The notes: generated by a model not told the origin, from the sequence alone. A stretch of DNA of 64,000 nt from Calditrichales bacterium (GCA_965267575.1 OZ254086.1:3104001-3168000); one strand, 5' to 3'. Counted from the stretch's first letter, positions 19,920 through 30,402 are shown. Made by a program: numbers and translations.

Positions 19920-20801
19920 ATGAAAGTAATTTTTTGGCTTGTCGCGATTGTTTTACTGGCGGGCTGTAACGGTGACGCCGAACGGAAAACGCACTACGAC
20001 GGGAGGCTGGAACTGGACGTTGTTCGTCTCTCCGCGCAAACAGCCGGGGAGATTGACAGTATGGCGGTGGATGAAGGTGATCCGGTGCGCCGCGGACAAT
20101 TGCTGGCACGCATTGACACGCGCGACCTGCAGTTGCAACTGCAACAACAAAGCGCAATGCTGACGGAGACCCAGGCCAATCTGAAAAATATTGACGCCCA
20201 GGAAACGCAATTGCAGGCGCGTCTGCGCTTTAACAACGATATGGTTAAAAAAACGCGCAATATGGTACAGGAAGGCGCGGCCACACAGCAGGAGCTGGAT
20301 CAGCTGTTGACGGAAAACGACGTTTTAAATGCGCAGCTTGAAGCTATTCAAACGCAACGTGCCGTTATCCGCAGCAAGCAGCAACAAATTAAAAGCGCCA
20401 TGGATTTGATTGAAAGGCAGGTCAGCAAAAGCAACATCATTTCGCCGCTGAATGGTCTGGTTTTAACACGCCTGCGTCTGGCCCACGAGGTGGTCGCGCC
20501 GGGCGTGGCTTTGCTTGAAGTGGCCGATCCTCAAAAGATGGAAGCCATCATATATGTGCCGCTGGAAGATTTACCACAGGTTAAGATCGGCCAGACGGTC
20601 AAAGTGGATCTGCAGGGTGTGACCGGCGCTGTTGAGGGGCGCGTGCGCCAGGTGGCCGAAGAAGCGGAATTTACGCCAAAAACAATCCTTACACCGGAAA
20701 CAAGACAGACGCTGGTGTATGCGGTAACCGTGGCCGTAAGCAATCCCGACGGAAAACTCAAAGCCGGTATGCCAGTGCTGGTAAGCCTGGACGGAGAATG
20801 A
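19920..20801 (+). CDS. HlyD-family membrane fusion lipoprotein (YbhG-like)
   Basis: Lipobox LLAGC, lipoyl half-motifs, coiled coil, AEFTPK, LKAGMP. Confidence 0.9.
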   Translation: MKVIFWLVAIVLLAGCNGDAERKTHYDGRLELDVVRLSAQTAGEIDSMAVDEGDPVRRGQLLARIDTRDLQLQLQQQSAMLTETQANLKNIDAQETQLQARLRFNNDMVKKTRNMVQEGAATQQELDQLLTENDVLNAQLEAIQTQRAVIRSKQQQIKSAMDLIERQVSKSNIISPLNGLVLTRLRLAHEVVAPGVALLEVADPQKMEAIIYVPLEDLPQVKIGQTVKVDLQGVTGAVEGRVRQVAEEAEFTPKTILTPETRQTLVYAVTVAVSNPDGKLKAGMPVLVSLDGE

Positions 20802-21721
20802 TGGAAAAGCTGCTTCAGCTGCAGGGCGTGCTCAAACGTTATGGCAACAACGAGGCTGTAAAGAATGTCTCCTTTGATGTACACGGAGGCGAAATCTTTG
20901 GCTTGATTGGTCCCGATGGCGCCGGCAAAACTTCCCTGATGCGCATGGTGGTTTCGTTGCTGCGCGCGGATAAAGGCCGGATCGTTTTTCTGGGCAAGGA
21001 TGTTTTGGGCAACAACCGCTTTGTGCGCAGCCGCATCGGCTACATGCCGCAACGTTTTAGCCTCTACCAGGACTTAACCGTTGAGGAAAACCTGCTCTTT
21101 TTTGGCAACCTGTTTAACGTGCCCAAAGACGATCAGCAAAAAAGGCTTAAAGAACTTTATGAGTTCTCGCGTCTGGGGCCGTTCAGCTCGCGTCGGGCGG
21201 GCAATCTCTCCGGGGGCATGAAGCAAAAGCTGGCACTTTCCTGCATGCTTATGCATAAGCCGCGCGTCATGGTCCTGGATGAACCCACCTTTGGGGTGGA
21301 CCCTGTTTCGCGTCGGGAGTTTTGGGACATTCTGGGAACCTTGCGCGACGAAGGCGTGGCTCTGCTGGTCAGCACGCCATACATGGATGAAGCCGGGCGC
21401 TGCGACCGTATCGCGCTGATGCATAATGGCCGGCTTTTGGCCTGCGATGCGCCTGCCGCGGTCGTTGCCGATTTCCCTTACACCCTTTTCAGCATGGAAT
21501 CTTCCGAACCGCATGCTTTATATAACGCGCTTTCCGCGGTCATAGAGCCCGATACTTTGCAACTTTTTGCCGGCGGTGTTGTGCTGGTGGATCGCAAAGG
21601 TGCAGGAAAGGAGGCGCTTGTCGCAAAAATTGAGGAGCTCACTACTGAAAAGCCCACAATCAAAAAGGTCGCTCCCGAACTTGAAAACATCTTCCTGGAC
21701 AGGATGCGCCATGACGGATAG
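20798..21721 (+). CDS. ABC transporter ATP-binding protein
   Basis: GPDGAGKT, LSGGMKQ, LDEPT. Confidence 0.93.
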   Translation: MMEKLLQLQGVLKRYGNNEAVKNVSFDVHGGEIFGLIGPDGAGKTSLMRMVVSLLRADKGRIVFLGKDVLGNNRFVRSRIGYMPQRFSLYQDLTVEENLLFFGNLFNVPKDDQQKRLKELYEFSRLGPFSSRRAGNLSGGMKQKLALSCMLMHKPRVMVLDEPTFGVDPVSRREFWDILGTLRDEGVALLVSTPYMDEAGRCDRIALMHNGRLLACDAPAAVVADFPYTLFSMESSEPHALYNALSAVIEPDTLQLFAGGVVLVDRKGAGKEALVAKIEELTTEKPTIKKVAPELENIFLDRMRHDG

Positions 21722-22451
21722 ATACGCGGTAGAAGCCGAAAACCTGAGCCGCCTGTTCGGGGACTTTAAAGCGGTGGACGCCATCAGCTTTCATGTGCAT
21801 GAAGGAGAAATCTTTGGCTTTTTGGGCGCCAATGGAGCCGGAAAAACGACAACGATCCGGATGCTTTGCGGGCTCCTAATGCCCAGCAGCGGCAAAGCCC
21901 ACGTTCACGGCCTGAATGTTTTTACGCAATCCGAAGCGATAAAGCAGCATATCGGTTATATGAGCCAGAAATTCAGCCTTTACGACGACCTGACCGTCAG
22001 CGAAAATATTGAGTTTTACGGCGGGATTTACGGCCTGAGCAGGACGAATATTCAAAAACGGACGCACGAGTTGCTGCAGGAATTGCAGCTGCAAGATCAG
22101 GCCGACAGGCTTACGGGCGCGCTGCCTGTGGGCTGGAAACAGCGTCTGGCCTTAAGCAGCGCCTTGCTGCACGATCCACCGATCATTTTTCTGGACGAGC
22201 CGACCAGCGGTGTTGATCCTGAAGCGCGGCGGCAATTCTGGCTGCTGATCTATGAGCTGGCCGCCAAAGGCAAAACAATCTTTGTGACGACGCATTTTAT
22301 GGACGAAGCCGAGTACTGCCACCGCGTGAGCATTATGAAGAACGGACGCATTGAGGCGCTGGATACACCGTCCCGCCTGAAGCAGGCACACAAGGCCGAC
22401 AATCTGAACGACGTCTTTTTGAAAATCGTGGGGGAAAGCGGCGATGAATAA
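21711..22451 (+). CDS. ABC transporter ATP-binding protein
   Basis: GANGAGKT, LPVGWKQR, LDEPT, TTH; start moved to ATG 21711. Confidence 0.92.
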   Translation: MTDRYAVEAENLSRLFGDFKAVDAISFHVHEGEIFGFLGANGAGKTTTIRMLCGLLMPSSGKAHVHGLNVFTQSEAIKQHIGYMSQKFSLYDDLTVSENIEFYGGIYGLSRTNIQKRTHELLQELQLQDQADRLTGALPVGWKQRLALSSALLHDPPIIFLDEPTSGVDPEARRQFWLLIYELAAKGKTIFVTTHFMDEAEYCHRVSIMKNGRIEALDTPSRLKQAHKADNLNDVFLKIVGESGDE

Positions 22452-23547
22452 GACCTTGTTCAGTATTATGCGCAAAGAGTTCCGCCACATTATTCGTGAC
22501 CAGCAGACGTTGATAATTTTATTTCTGATGCCACTGCTAATGCTGTTTCTATTTGGCTACGCGATCACGCTGGAAATGCGCCAGATTGAGACGGCGGTTG
22601 TGGATCTTTCCAAATCATCCTCCAGCCGCGCCTTTATCGAAAAGATGCGAGCCTCTGACTTTTTCGAAATTACCGCGGTCGATGTGGCTTACAAAGATTT
22701 TGAAGAAGTCTTTCGCAAACGCCAGGCACGCTGCATTATCGTTATCCCGCGCGATTTTGAATCATCACTGGACAGGGAGCTGCAAACACCCGTTCAGCTT
22801 TTGATTGATGCCAGTGATCCCAATGCCGCCAATTATATCAACAATTACGTCACGCAGATCAGCGCGCTTTTTAATGTGGAGCGTGGCGCCGTCCCGGTCC
22901 AAACGTTTCGGCTTGAGCCGCGTTTGCTGTACAATCCGGATTTAAAATCATCCTACTTTTTTGTACCCGGCCTGGTCGCCGTTATCCTGCTGCTTATTTG
23001 CAGCTTGCTTACAAGCATCGCCATCGTGCGTGAAAAAGAGACCGGCAGCATGGAGCAGATCCTTGTCAGCCCGGTATTGCCGCAGCAGATCATCATCGGA
23101 AAAGTGATTCCGTACATGGTTATCGGCTACCTGATGGCGCTGATGATTCTGTTTTTCTCCTATTTCTGGTTCAACGTACCGCTGCACGGTTCCTTCCTGC
23201 TGCTTAACCTGATGCTGCTGCTTTACATTTTCACAGGTCTGAGTTTCGGGCTGCTTATTTCCACCGTAACACACACACAGCAGGTGGCGCTTATGTTGAC
23301 GCTGGTAACGACCATTTTGCCCACGGTGATGCTTAGCGGCTTTATTTTCCCGATTCCCAGCATGCCGGAAATTCTGCAATATGTCGCGGCCGTCATACCG
23401 GCTACGCATTTTCTGGAAATCATCCGAGGCATCATGCTTAAAGGCGTCGGCCTTACAGAGCTTTACCCGCAGGCAGGCTATCTTTTGCTGATCGCCTTTG
23501 TGCTGATCGCGGTCAGTGTCCGTAAATTTCAAACCCATCTGGATTGA
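22444..23547 (+). CDS. ABC-2 permease (YbhS-like)
   Basis: KEFRHI, YNP, PGL, REKETGSMEQ, LSGFIFP. Confidence 0.9.
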   Translation: MNKTLFSIMRKEFRHIIRDQQTLIILFLMPLLMLFLFGYAITLEMRQIETAVVDLSKSSSSRAFIEKMRASDFFEITAVDVAYKDFEEVFRKRQARCIIVIPRDFESSLDRELQTPVQLLIDASDPNAANYINNYVTQISALFNVERGAVPVQTFRLEPRLLYNPDLKSSYFFVPGLVAVILLLICSLLTSIAIVREKETGSMEQILVSPVLPQQIIIGKVIPYMVIGYLMALMILFFSYFWFNVPLHGSFLLLNLMLLLYIFTGLSFGLLISTVTHTQQVALMLTLVTTILPTVMLSGFIFPIPSMPEILQYVAAVIPATHFLEIIRGIMLKGVGLTELYPQAGYLLLIAFVLIAVSVRKFQTHLD

Positions 23548-23553
23548 GCAACC

Positions 23554-24678
23554 ATGCGTCGCGTCCTTTACCTGATTCAAAAAGAGTTTCGCCAGATCGT
23601 TCGTGAAAAAGCGTTCATCGGGATCATATTTGTCATGCCTTTTATCCAGATTGTGGTGCTGGGTTTTGCCATCACAACCGATGTACGCAATGTGGCGCTG
23701 GCGATCGTTGATGAAGATCGCAGCCGTTTCAGCCGGCGTATGATCGACGCTTTCTCGGTGACCGAATCATTCCAATATCTTGGGCAGGCCGAAAACGGAA
23801 ACCACCTGCGGCAACTGCTGGATCGTGGGGACATAAAAATTGGATTAACCATTCCGGTGCACTTTGAACGAGATCTGAAGAAGGGCAAAGCGCCCTCGGT
23901 GCAGGCCGTAATCGATGGCGTTGATGGCAACTCGGCTGGCGTGGCTCTGGCTTATGTAAATCAGATTGCTTTAAAGCTGCAGCGCGAGTGGCTGCTTGAG
24001 AGCGGTGTTTCCCCGGCCGAGTTAAATAATATTCACCTGGCGCAGGTTGAACCGCGTATGTTGTACAACGCCAGCCTGGAAAGCAAAAACAATATTGTCC
24101 CGGGTATCATTGCCGTTCTGGTCACCATGATTACGGCGTTTCTTACCGGCATGAGTATCGTCCGCGAAAAAGAGATCGGCACCCTGGAACAGCTTATGGT
24201 AACACCCATCCGTAGCGCCGAGCTTATGCTGGGCAAGATCATTCCCTTTTTGATTGTTGCTCTAATGCTGATGGGCGTCGGTATCCTGGCGGCGGGTGTT
24301 ATTTTCGGTATCTGGATGAGGGGCAGCCTGATCTTGCTTGTTTTACTCAGTCTCGTTTTCAGCCTCAGCACGCTAGGCCTGGGCATATTTGCCAGCACCA
24401 TCGCCAAAACCCAGCAGCAATCGATGTTTATTGCCTGGTTTTTCGCTGTTTTCGCGCTGCTGCTTTCGGGCTTTTTTATCCCTATTGAAAATATGCCCGA
24501 TTGGGTTCAGGTGATTACCTATGCTAATCCGTTGCGCTATTTTATGGTCATTATCCGCGAGATCTATTTAAAGGGCACGGGTTTTGTGTTTCTTTGGAAA
24601 GAAGCGGCAGCAATGGGGCTGTTTGGCTTGCTGATGTTCACCGCCGCCAGTTTGCGTTTCCGTAAGAGGTTAAGTTAA
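23554..24678 (+). CDS. ABC-2 permease (YbhR-like)
   Basis: KEFRQI, REKEIGTLEQLMVTP, LSGFFIPIENMP, NPLRYF. Confidence 0.9.
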   Translation: MRRVLYLIQKEFRQIVREKAFIGIIFVMPFIQIVVLGFAITTDVRNVALAIVDEDRSRFSRRMIDAFSVTESFQYLGQAENGNHLRQLLDRGDIKIGLTIPVHFERDLKKGKAPSVQAVIDGVDGNSAGVALAYVNQIALKLQREWLLESGVSPAELNNIHLAQVEPRMLYNASLESKNNIVPGIIAVLVTMITAFLTGMSIVREKEIGTLEQLMVTPIRSAELMLGKIIPFLIVALMLMGVGILAAGVIFGIWMRGSLILLVLLSLVFSLSTLGLGIFASTIAKTQQQSMFIAWFFAVFALLLSGFFIPIENMPDWVQVITYANPLRYFMVIIREIYLKGTGFVFLWKEAAAMGLFGLLMFTAASLRFRKRLS

Positions 24679-25064
24679 AAGCGAAATAGTTTCAGATTGT
24701 AAAAGTGTTCAAAATGCTTGTCGGTTGTCATTAGTTCGATATTATTTTCAAGGCACAATGCGGCAATTAAGGCGTTTGAAGAGGGAATGGTTATGCCACG
24801 CGTCCTGAGTTGGAAAAGAAGCTTACCCGCCATCTGAAAAATGCTTCGACCGGTTTCATAATATGTTAAAATGCTAAATAGTTCTTTAATAAGCTTTTGT
24901 TGAGACGGCCTGGCTCCCGCTAATATTTCCATTTCAACAACGCCGCATAAGGCTACCTTGCGCTCATCAAGAAGCTGCTCTACCATATCGGCATTAGGCT
25001 CGTTTCCTTTTCTGAAGAAATCTATCCAGATGCTGGAGTCGAGAAGTATTAGGCTATCTGACAT
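24675..25064 (-). CDS. vapC: PIN-domain toxin (VapC family)
   Basis: LLDSSIWIDF, EILAG, LIAA, TTDKHF. Confidence 0.88.
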   Translation of the reverse strand: MSDSLILLDSSIWIDFFRKGNEPNADMVEQLLDERKVALCGVVEMEILAGARPSQQKLIKELFSILTYYETGRSIFQMAGKLLFQLRTRGITIPSSNALIAALCLENNIELMTTDKHFEHFYNLKLFRF

Positions 25065-25272
25065 TTTTTAATTCTTCGCGTTCCAGATCGTCAAGTTCAT
25101 CCAGATTATCCTGAATATCGAGTTTGCCGCGTAAGGCCTTTAGCCGGTTAATCTTCTGCTGTTTCAACCATTCGTTTAGGGCCTTGTTTACAGCCTGTGT
25201 TTTATTTTTGCTCCCCGAAAATTGCAAGACCTCTTTAATCAGCTTTTCCGCAAGAGTTACCGTTGTTCGCAT
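25054..25272 (-). CDS. vapB: VapB-family antitoxin
   Basis: MRTTVTL...KTQAVNKAL RHH-like N-terminus, acidic tail, overlaps vapC. Confidence 0.85.
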   Translation of the reverse strand: MRTTVTLAEKLIKEVLQFSGSKNKTQAVNKALNEWLKQQKINRLKALRGKLDIQDNLDELDDLEREELKNVR

Positions 25273-25294
25273 GAGTCGCCACTTTCTGTGTTTA

Positions 25295-25333
25295 ATATTA
25301 GCACAAAAAAACTTAATTATTATGTGCTAATAT
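25295..25333. promoter_or_regulatory. Inverted repeat upstream of vapB, probable autoregulatory operator
   Basis: ATATTAGCACA-N17-TGTGCTAATAT with perfect 11-bp arms. Confidence 0.6.
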
Positions 25334-25344
25334 CGCAACTATTC

Positions 25345-26991
25345 TTATGGTGATAATGTCGGTTGTTTAAACCTCGGCGGATGCTGTTTGTGAAAATCTG
25401 TCTGCTGTTGCCAGGCATTGGCCACCGCCAGCAGCGTGCCTTCATCAAATAGCTTGCCCATAAATGTGATCGACTGCGGCTGACCATCGCGGAATCCAAC
25501 CGGAAGCACAACAGCCGGGTGACCGGTAAGATTTGTTAAAAGCAGGTTAGTGCCTGCGAAGGGCGGGCAAATATAAACATCGATGTTGCGCATGGTTTCC
25601 TGCATCTCGCGGATCAGCAGAGTGCGGGCGCGATTGGCCTGGATATATTCCACCGCCGGAATGAGGCGCGCACTGCGAAACTCATTGGGCCAGGCATTTT
25701 TGATCTGCCGCACCATCAGGTCGTCACGGTTGCTGCGTGTCAAATCATCAAAAGCGGCTGCCGCTTCGGCACTCAGGATAAAGGTCATATTGTAAACAGG
25801 GAAATCAGGCAGTTCAAAAGGCACCAGGCTGGCGCCCAGACCGCGCAGGGTTTCCAGCACCTCTTCATTAAATTCTCGGTTGGCAGAGTCTGACTGAAAA
25901 GCACTTTCGATGTAGCCGATACGGAGTGCCGGCCAATCCACCTCCGCCGCGTAATCGAAGGGGAAATTGCGCACGCTGTTGTCCTGGCCGTCGGGGCCGT
26001 AAATGGCGTTAAAGACAATGGCGCAGTCTTCCACGCTGCGGCAGATCGGACCGATTTTGTCCATGGACCAGCTTAAAGCCATCGCGCCGTGCCGGCTGAC
26101 GCGCCCGAAAGTGGGCCGCAAGCCCGTTGTCCCGCAGCGCACGGACGGCGATACAATCGAGCCCCATGTTTCTGTACCGATGGCAAAGGGCACAAGTCCG
26201 GCTGCCGTGGCCGCGGATGAGCCGGCAGAAGAGCCGCTTGAGCCCTGTTCAGGATTCCACGGGTTACGTGTTTTGCCGCCGTACCACACGTCACCCCAGG
26301 CCAGTGCGCCAAGAGTGAGTTTTGCCACAAGCACCGCGCCAGCTTCCTCAAGTTTGCGGACCACCGTGGCGTCTTCTTCAAATTGCTGGTCCCGGTAAGG
26401 CACGGCACCCCAGCTCGTTTTGTAATCGCGTGTGGCCAGCAGGTCTTTCGCGCCGTAAGGGATGCCGTGCAACAAGCCGCGGTATTTGCCAGACGCCAGT
26501 TCGGCATCGGCACGACGCGCTTCGCGCAGAGCCCGCTCCTCGGTCAAAGTTATAATGCACTGCAGTTGCGGTCCGTATTTTTTCAGGCGATCCACGAAAA
26601 ACTCGGTCAGCTCCACGGAGGAGATTTGTTTGGTGCGGATAAGATGGGCCAGTTCGCGTACCGTGTAAAACGCCAGCTTGTGCATGCTGTCCGGCAGGGC
26701 AAGGCGTTCAGGGGCGGAAAATTTAAGCTGCCGTTTACGCGATACCGGCTTTACACCGGCGGGCAGCGGATCAAATTGAAGCGCAGGCGCCACGTCGTTG
26801 CCGATGTTCATGGCACGTAGCGTGTCGTAGCTGTTGCGGTATCCGTACAGGTTATCCCGCATTGAGTCCCGTTCGGCCTCCGTGAATTGCAGCCCGGAGA
26901 TGTTCGCCGCCGATTTCACATCGTCGCTGGTGATTTCGTTTGTCTCACAGGCGAGTACAATCGCAATAAGTAATAAAAAAAGCTTTTTCAT
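25345..26991 (-). CDS. Amidase-signature family lipoprotein
   Basis: Lipobox VLAC, GIPYGAKD, GSSGSSAGS, GTETWGSIVSP; start moved to ATG 26991 after SD AAGGAG. Confidence 0.9.
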   Translation of the reverse strand: MKKLFLLLIAIVLACETNEITSDDVKSAANISGLQFTEAERDSMRDNLYGYRNSYDTLRAMNIGNDVAPALQFDPLPAGVKPVSRKRQLKFSAPERLALPDSMHKLAFYTVRELAHLIRTKQISSVELTEFFVDRLKKYGPQLQCIITLTEERALREARRADAELASGKYRGLLHGIPYGAKDLLATRDYKTSWGAVPYRDQQFEEDATVVRKLEEAGAVLVAKLTLGALAWGDVWYGGKTRNPWNPEQGSSGSSAGSSAATAAGLVPFAIGTETWGSIVSPSVRCGTTGLRPTFGRVSRHGAMALSWSMDKIGPICRSVEDCAIVFNAIYGPDGQDNSVRNFPFDYAAEVDWPALRIGYIESAFQSDSANREFNEEVLETLRGLGASLVPFELPDFPVYNMTFILSAEAAAAFDDLTRSNRDDLMVRQIKNAWPNEFRSARLIPAVEYIQANRARTLLIREMQETMRNIDVYICPPFAGTNLLLTNLTGHPAVVLPVGFRDGQPQSITFMGKLFDEGTLLAVANAWQQQTDFHKQHPPRFKQPTLSP

Positions 26992-27039
26992 GGCCTGCTC
27001 CTTTGAATCGCTAAGTCCGCTATGTGTCAATGTGAATTA

Positions 27040-27927
27040 TTAGTGGGCACCACCTTCATAAATCTTTTCACCAGCCGTGACCGGAACCGAAAGCACGTTT
27101 TGCGGCGGGGGCAGGGAGCAGGTGGCGTAAGGCGTAAAAATACAGGGCGGATTATAGGCTTTGTTAAAATCTATGATTGTTTTACCGTCTGCACCCGGCT
27201 TGTCCACGTAAAGGTAACGTCCGGCGCCGTAGGTTTCGTCACCGTTGGTAGCGTCGCCAAAAATCAGGAACCAGCGCTCATCGTCGGGATCGGCCACGGG
27301 ATCAATGCTGTACTTTTCCCCGTCTATTTCAAAAACGAGTTTACCGGGCGATGGTTCGCGCGTTATATAATCCAAAACGTTGGGAACGGCAATATATTGT
27401 AATGTGTCGTGCGGCACCAGTGTGGCCTCAATGCGCCAGCGCGGGTCAACGGGGTAGCGGTCGATACCGGTAAACGATTTTATCAAATTTGAAGCGCTGT
27501 TTTTGAGGCGAATACCATATGTACCTTCGCGTTTTATGACGTACCAGCTATAGCTTTGCCAGCGCAGTATGGTGGGTTCGCCGGTAATGTCCGCCTTTAA
27601 AGTCGTTGTGTTGATTGTATCATTGCCGTGGGTAACAACAACATTATCCGTAATATCCACTCTGATGACGGAATCTTCCAGGAAAAACGTGCCGATTTTT
27701 CCGGGCGTCTCCGGCGGGAAAATTATCGTATTGCCGCTGTCGCTGCCAAAAGTTGTTGCGCCTTGCTCAAGCCAGAAAAGACCTGCCAGGCTAAGCCAGC
27801 CGTCACCCTGGCGCAAACGGTCCACGCGCTGCGTGTGCCATTCATCAACTTCTTTTACATACGTGTCTGTGCCGCTATCGCAGGCAGTAATAAATAATAT
27901 CAGCGATATCGTTAAAATCGTCTTCAT
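27040..27927 (-). CDS. DUF1684-family lipoprotein
   Basis: Lipobox ITAC, GWLSLAGLFWL, TYGAGRY, DFNKAYNPPC...ATC...AGE. Confidence 0.88.
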   Translation of the reverse strand: MKTILTISLILFITACDSGTDTYVKEVDEWHTQRVDRLRQGDGWLSLAGLFWLEQGATTFGSDSGNTIIFPPETPGKIGTFFLEDSVIRVDITDNVVVTHGNDTINTTTLKADITGEPTILRWQSYSWYVIKREGTYGIRLKNSASNLIKSFTGIDRYPVDPRWRIEATLVPHDTLQYIAVPNVLDYITREPSPGKLVFEIDGEKYSIDPVADPDDERWFLIFGDATNGDETYGAGRYLYVDKPGADGKTIIDFNKAYNPPCIFTPYATCSLPPPQNVLSVPVTAGEKIYEGGAH

Positions 27928-28005
27928 TATGATCCTGTGGTTTAGTGAGTTTGGAGATGTGTATTTTAGACGTTACGGAGGTTCCGTGCAAGCCGCTGGA
28001 CTCTT

Positions 28006-29604
28006 TCAGCGCAGCAGTAACATTTTGCCGGTTTGAGAGAAGGTCTTCGTTTTAAGGCGGTAGAAATAGACACCGGATGCCAGGGAAGCGGCCTGCCAGC
28101 GCACCGAGCGCGTTCCACTTCCGTAAACCCGCCGGCCCAGGTCCTCGATCAACCGTCCGCCGCTATCGTACACTTTAATAGAAACAGCTGCCTGCCGCGG
28201 CTGCTCCCAGCGGATGGTCGTACTGGCATTAAAAGGGTTGGGGAAGTTGCCCAGCAATCTGAAAGTTTCAATCTCGCCATTCGTACCGGAAATACTGTCC
28301 ACGTAATCCAGCTCGCCATCCATCCATTCGATGCGTGCTTTGAGCCAGGCTTTCATGCGTGTCACCTCTTCTTCATAGCTCTCCGGTGCGTTGTCCGGCC
28401 AGCGTTCAAAATTGCGAATACGTGCTTCTTCTATAAAAACCGACAACATATCAATGCGCTTAAAAAGAGAATCGATGGCGAAGGTGCTATGGCGCAGCAT
28501 GCCCCATCTTTCACGGACGGCGCTCATAAATGTTGTGTTTTGCGTTATCTCTTCCCAATAAAAGGGAACACGGTATCCATCCCAGGGACGACGCACGGTA
28601 TAATCGGTCTGCCAGCCTTCCGTGAGGAATTCGTCTTCGGCATACCAGGCTTTGCCAAAGCTGAGGTTAAAATCCCATAACGGGCCAAATACCAAACGCG
28701 GGTTGTAATCGTCGCGATCTTTGTACATAAAGGCGCTTATGCGGTAGGCGTCTGTATTTTTGGATATCTCGTTCAGCAGAAAATGATCAACGGCAGCATT
28801 CAGATCAACATATTCCAGGTAGCTGTCATCATTATGCGCAAAAGCGCTTTCCAGCTGCTCCATATAGTTTTGGATATAGCTTTTCTGCGCGTCCACCAAT
28901 TCGTCCGGACCGGGATCGTCATATTGATAGGGTGTGCCGGCACTGCTTGTCCAGCCACCCAGGTTCTCGCCCTCGTATTTGTCTATCTTTATCAAATAGC
29001 CGCCGGTAAGCTGAAGACCCGTCGTGTCTACGCTGCGCAGGTTGGCGATATCCACCCGGTTGTCATCACGTTTCAGCTTTTCCATCAGCACATAAAGGCC
29101 GCGGTAATCCTCATTTAAAACCAGTTCACAGAAATGGGTGCGGCTGGCATAGCGGCCAATCTCCCGCGAAAGATCAAAAGCAAGTACGTTGCGGATCATT
29201 GACTGGTCATCGTAGGGGCCGTAGAGAATCCAGTCGTTTTCCTCAGGCAGGCCCATCAACGGGATGTTGAGGTTCTCGCCTGCGGCGTCCTGTGTCTCCA
29301 GGCGGTATTGCTTCTTAGGATACAGCGAAGAGGAACTCCCGCGCAGCTCGATGGCAATACGCCCGTCATAATCATTAAAAGGGTCATCAATATTATTGGT
29401 ATTTCCGGGACCGTTGTCGATCACGCCCATATGCGCGACAATGCGCGGGTCATCAACGATTTCCTGTCCGTCGGTATCAATAATCACGATGGGGTGGGCG
29501 GAAGAATTTAAATCCACCTGCGCGCTTAAAAAAAACGGACAAAGCAACAAAACAGTCGCCCATTTTATCGTGGTTTTTTCGCTTCCTGCTTTCAATGCAT
29601 CCAT
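28006..29604 (-). CDS. CotH kinase-family protein with C-terminal sorting domain
   Basis: RGSSS, PKKQY, GLYVLMEK, GPLWDFNLSFG; tail NFPNPFN...KMLLLR. Confidence 0.88.
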   Translation of the reverse strand: MDALKAGSEKTTIKWATVLLLCPFFLSAQVDLNSSAHPIVIIDTDGQEIVDDPRIVAHMGVIDNGPGNTNNIDDPFNDYDGRIAIELRGSSSSLYPKKQYRLETQDAAGENLNIPLMGLPEENDWILYGPYDDQSMIRNVLAFDLSREIGRYASRTHFCELVLNEDYRGLYVLMEKLKRDDNRVDIANLRSVDTTGLQLTGGYLIKIDKYEGENLGGWTSSAGTPYQYDDPGPDELVDAQKSYIQNYMEQLESAFAHNDDSYLEYVDLNAAVDHFLLNEISKNTDAYRISAFMYKDRDDYNPRLVFGPLWDFNLSFGKAWYAEDEFLTEGWQTDYTVRRPWDGYRVPFYWEEITQNTTFMSAVRERWGMLRHSTFAIDSLFKRIDMLSVFIEEARIRNFERWPDNAPESYEEEVTRMKAWLKARIEWMDGELDYVDSISGTNGEIETFRLLGNFPNPFNASTTIRWEQPRQAAVSIKVYDSGGRLIEDLGRRVYGSGTRSVRWQAASLASGVYFYRLKTKTFSQTGKMLLLR

Positions 29605-29619
29605 AAAAGTGCCAACACT

Positions 29620-30402
29620 TTACCGCAGTTTTGGTTTCAGGGATTCGAAATAATCGAAAGCCTTTTCCAGGGAGCTGCCATACCAGGAAAAGACACGGCC
29701 ATCTACACAGAGCACCCGTGATTCCGGAAGCCGCCCGGATATTTGCCGTGCGTGCGTCTCAGCGAATGGAAATGGCTCCGAGGAGAGGAGAACCACATCA
29801 GGCTTTTTCGCGGCGATGTCTTCCAGCGTTACCTGAGGATAACGTTGCTGCCGGCCAAAGATGTTCTCAAATCCGGCCTCGCGCAGCATCGCCTGGATAA
29901 ACGTGTCTCCGCCCGCAACCATCCACGGGTTCTGCCAGATAAGATAGACCGCGCGCATGCCCGGCAGCATTTTGTAGCTTTCCTTTTTTTTGCGGATTTG
30001 CTCAACCAGGGATGATGATTCCTTCGTTTTCCCGGTTATTTTGCCAACGGCATCAACCATTTTCAAAGCGCCGGACAGATCGCGTACATCGCTTACCCAA
30101 ACCGGGAAAAGCTCCGCCAGCGCCTGAATATCCTCTTTGGTGTTTTCTTCCTTGTTGGCCAGGATCAGATCGGGCTGCAGACTCTGAATTGCCTGCATAC
30201 GCAGCTTTTTTGTACCCCCGACAACGGCCACTTTTTCAACCTTGCCTGCCGGTTCCACGCAATAACGGGTGCGCCCAACGATACGATCGTCCAGACCCAA
30301 AGCGAACAAGAGCTCGGTCTGGGAGGGGACGACGGATACAATCCGCTGCGGATTGCGGGAAATGGAAACACTTCGATCCAGCTGATCGGTATACTTTTTC
30401 AT
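29620..30402 (-). CDS. Helical-backbone metal receptor (BtuF/TroA-like)
   Basis: RIVSVVPSQTE, VGGTK, NKEEN, LSSEPFPF, FSWYG. Confidence 0.85.
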   Translation of the reverse strand: MKKYTDQLDRSVSISRNPQRIVSVVPSQTELLFALGLDDRIVGRTRYCVEPAGKVEKVAVVGGTKKLRMQAIQSLQPDLILANKEENTKEDIQALAELFPVWVSDVRDLSGALKMVDAVGKITGKTKESSSLVEQIRKKKESYKMLPGMRAVYLIWQNPWMVAGGDTFIQAMLREAGFENIFGRQQRYPQVTLEDIAAKKPDVVLLSSEPFPFAETHARQISGRLPESRVLCVDGRVFSWYGSSLEKAFDYFESLKPKLR

